Part shown: piece by piece, positions 61,208-64,000 of the stretch | How the letters are laid out: each line of letters starts with the position of its first letter | How positions within the stretch are numbered: the stretch's first letter is position 1 | Assembly: GCA_012295275.1 (NCBI GenBank) | Contig: CM022678.1 | Location: 7,812,001-7,876,000 of the forward strand | Reading direction: 5' to 3' | Length of the DNA stretch: 64,000 nucleotides | Origin: Chrysomallon squamiferum | Taxonomy: Eukaryota; Animalia; Mollusca | Position numbers and translations under genes: made by a program | Notes under the pieces: generated by a model | What the model was told of the DNA's origin: nothing | The model's input: only the letters and a program-made list of their open reading frames with translations | Databases searched by the model: none

Positions 61208-63310
61208 TTTTTTATGTGTGTGAAATGTTGGAATCACTGCAGAAGGCAGAAACAACAGTTACGCAGATAGCAAGTGTATTAAGTCCTGAGACTAAAACTT
61301 CACTTGACCAGAACAAAATATCTGAGATTACAGAATCTTCTTTGGAAATGGTTTCACCTAATTTACAATTAAAGTTGGCGACTTCAGTACCAAAAACAAG
61401 TGCTGCACTCACATCATCAGCAACTACACAAGCATCAGTTGTGACAGTTTCAGGTTCATCAGCATCTGATTCAGTTTTAGCAGCACAAATAGAGCAGCCA
61501 CAGATTCAAACCCAGCTGTTTTGGAATCTACTGTTCCTGGAGAATTACTTACATCAGAAATGACTCAGAAGGGTAATTCGACTTTGAAGCAGATTGTGAA
61601 CCAGCCAGTTAAAATAACCAGTAATGTGGCCACAGTGATAAACCCTAACAGTCACGTAGAACACTGGAATCAGGACAGCTTTCTCCCAGGAGAGGTAGGT
61701 AAGTTTAAAATTGTGTCAAGAACAGTCTAGAAATTGTTCTCTAAACAGGGTTTATGATGTAGCATTTTGTTTACAGTAGTATCCTAATAAGTAAACAATG
61801 TATGTCTTTTCATTATGCTGTTAATAAATATGATTTTTTTTTATATTTGACAATATATTTTTTAATAAATTTAAATTGTTGTTAATCATGTATATTTTAA
61901 AATTAAAGTGTGCTGTTAATAACCAGAACATTTTACGTTTTTAAGGATGGCGTACATGAACATGAACTTGCTGTGATGTTGGCTGCATTTACCGGTCATA
62001 CGTACGCAATTCCTGCCCACAATGATCCTAGTCTTGCAATACACGCATGCATTGTAACAGAGTCTTCACAGACATCAGACGACTTAAATGCAGATGGAGT
62101 TCAAGAAGGTTCCACAAAGGCTAAAGGAAAAAGGAGTGATGATAGTCCAACAAACTATCCAAAACGGTATTGACTCTAAAATTATGAGTGTGAAATCCTT
62201 TTATAAATTAGATAAAATATGCAAGATACCTTATAAAATAAAATATCTCAAAAATTATGAGTGTAAAATCCTAGTACAGGTTAATTAAAATATGCAAGAG
62301 ACCTCATAAAATAGAATATCTCCAAAATTATGAGTATGAAATCCTAGTGTAAATTAAAATATACTGCTACCAGTGAATAAAAAATACATTTTTACTTACT
62401 AAATAATTTGAGATGTGATTTGTAACTAAAATGAGATTGTTTACTCTGAATTTCATATGTTATCTGAATAAAAAAAAATGTATGTACTCTGACAAGTTAC
62501 CAGTGAATAAAAGAGTATATATTTACACTGAATTTTACTGAATAATTTTAGAGGTGGTCTGTGAATAGAAAGAAATAATATTACACTAAATATTGTTAAA
62601 TAATTTCAGATAGCGAATCGTTTGAAGTTCTAGGACAACAGGACAGTGACGATGCAGAAGATGTGCCCTGGATGCAGCATTTGTACAGAATCTGGGCGGC
62701 CGATGACGTAAGCCACTGATTTAATATTAAGTTTGTTACCTATAGTGTTTGTATCTTTTCATATTCAGCTTTGTGTAGCCACAGATTATATTTTTTCAAA
62801 CACAAAGAGGGAATGACAAGTTTTCAGAATTTATTTATTTATTTATTTATTCACCCACAAGTGGTTATTATTAGTATATGTAAACTAAAATATGACTATT
62901 CAGTAGATTTTAATAAATTTTATGTATTTGAAGTTGTAATGGTAACACAGTGTCTTGTCTCTGTGTATCTACACCTATTTTCATCCTGGTTTTAATTATT
63001 TCTCTGTCCTTTACTTGAAAATGGACTCCTGCCTTTGAATAAGCCCCCCAGACCCTGTTGGTGTTAAATTCAATGGCTTCTGCCTCTTGGACATACTCTC
63101 CTTATTAAATTGTAGATTATGAATGATAATATTGTAATTTTGTTAGCAGAGTTAAAAGATGTAAACATATTTTTATTATGTATTTATATTTAATTTTTTT
63201 GTTATTATCTTTTTTGTTTGTTGAAGGATGGATGATGTCAGGAAATGTCTGTGTTTCCAGCAGTGATGTCGGCAAGCTTCGAGAGAGTGTAAACTACACT
63301 GGAGTACGGC
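61208..63310 (+). pseudogene. disrupted multi-exon gene fragment, Ser/Thr-rich, family uncertain
   Basis: Exon about 61208-61694 (MLESLQKAETTVTQ..frameshift near 61515..WNQDSFLPGE) splices in phase 0 to 61946-62166 (DGVHEHELAVMLAAFTGHTYAIP..). Then 62610-62707 (DSESFEVLGQQDSDDAEDVPWMQHLYRIWAADD) and from 63227 (WMMSGNVCV..). Later junction phases are incompatible. No similarity to CAMSAP. Confidence 0.55.
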
Positions 63311-63520
63311 ACAACACTGAATGCACAGGATCATCAGAACATCACATCACAGCAGCAAACATCTAATCTCAGCTTACACAACACTGAATGCACAGGATCA
63401 TCAGAACATCACATCACAGCAGCAAACATCTAATCTCAGCTTACACAACACTGAATGCACAGGATCATCAGAACATCACATCACAGCAGCAAACATCTAA
63501 TCACAGCTTACACAACACCG
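63309..63520. repeat. 67-bp tandem repeat, 3 copies
   Basis: acaacactgaatgcacaggatcatcagaacatcacatcacagcagcaaacatctaatc at 63311, 63378 and 63445. Confidence 0.95.
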
Positions 63521-64000
63521 CAGATATACAGAGCTGTGTGTATCGCTCCACTGGCAGAATCAACACGGTGTATGTAGACTAGATCTGTTTATACATAGAC
63601 AGATAGATAGATATAGATATAGATATATTTAGGTAGATAGATAATTACATGATAAAAAAAGTGGGGTTTAATTATTTTGTCCTTCAAAAATTCTTTTAAA
63701 ATAATTTAGGTAATATCTCAACTGAATTTTTATCCTGACCATAGAAGTTTGGTGAATTATGCAGTGAAGTAAATTTATATTCCAACAAAAACTATTGCCC
63801 ATGTTGAGAATCATAAGCCAGGAAAACAATAAAAATATGAATTATATCTAATGTCAAAACTGTAAAAACCTGATCTCGACATTTCTTGTCATGTTTGTTG
63901 AATCTAAATTCTTTTTATATTTCCCCTAATTGGCTGAAATGTGAAAAAAATAAATAAAATAACAAGTTATTGTTTATCACTTGATTTTTGTGATATATCC

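Overview
AT-rich, microsatellite-laden eukaryotic DNA, probably from a gastropod mollusc (inferred from the SINE type and the nSTAND3-ankyrin and EGF gene fragments). I find no intact protein-coding gene. The window is organised as a giant inverted repeat around a 200-N gap (33928-34127). The inner arms (13182-33927 and 35241-55666, about 20.5 kb each) are near-identical. Older, more diverged outer arms (5186-7297 vs 58883-60890) each carry the same CpG-rich promoter-like block ending in a Kozak ATG micro-exon (GCC-ATGGAACGAG|GTAAAC) pointing outward. Each copy precedes a different intron-containing, disrupted gene fragment: a CAMSAP/Patronin pseudogene on the left (minus) and an unrelated Ser/Thr-rich gene remnant on the right (plus). 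Also present are a decayed EGF-repeat gene (both arms), an nSTAND3-ankyrin pseudogene, two decayed LINEs, SINE copies, tandem sub-duplications inside each arm, four 46-bp minisatellite arrays, and a 7-copy module of about 190 bp with a TTAGGG-like motif and a variant-tolerant hairpin. All alignments and identities were judged by eye. Orientation across the gap is not supported by sequence, so a haplotype or scaffolding artefact cannot be excluded.
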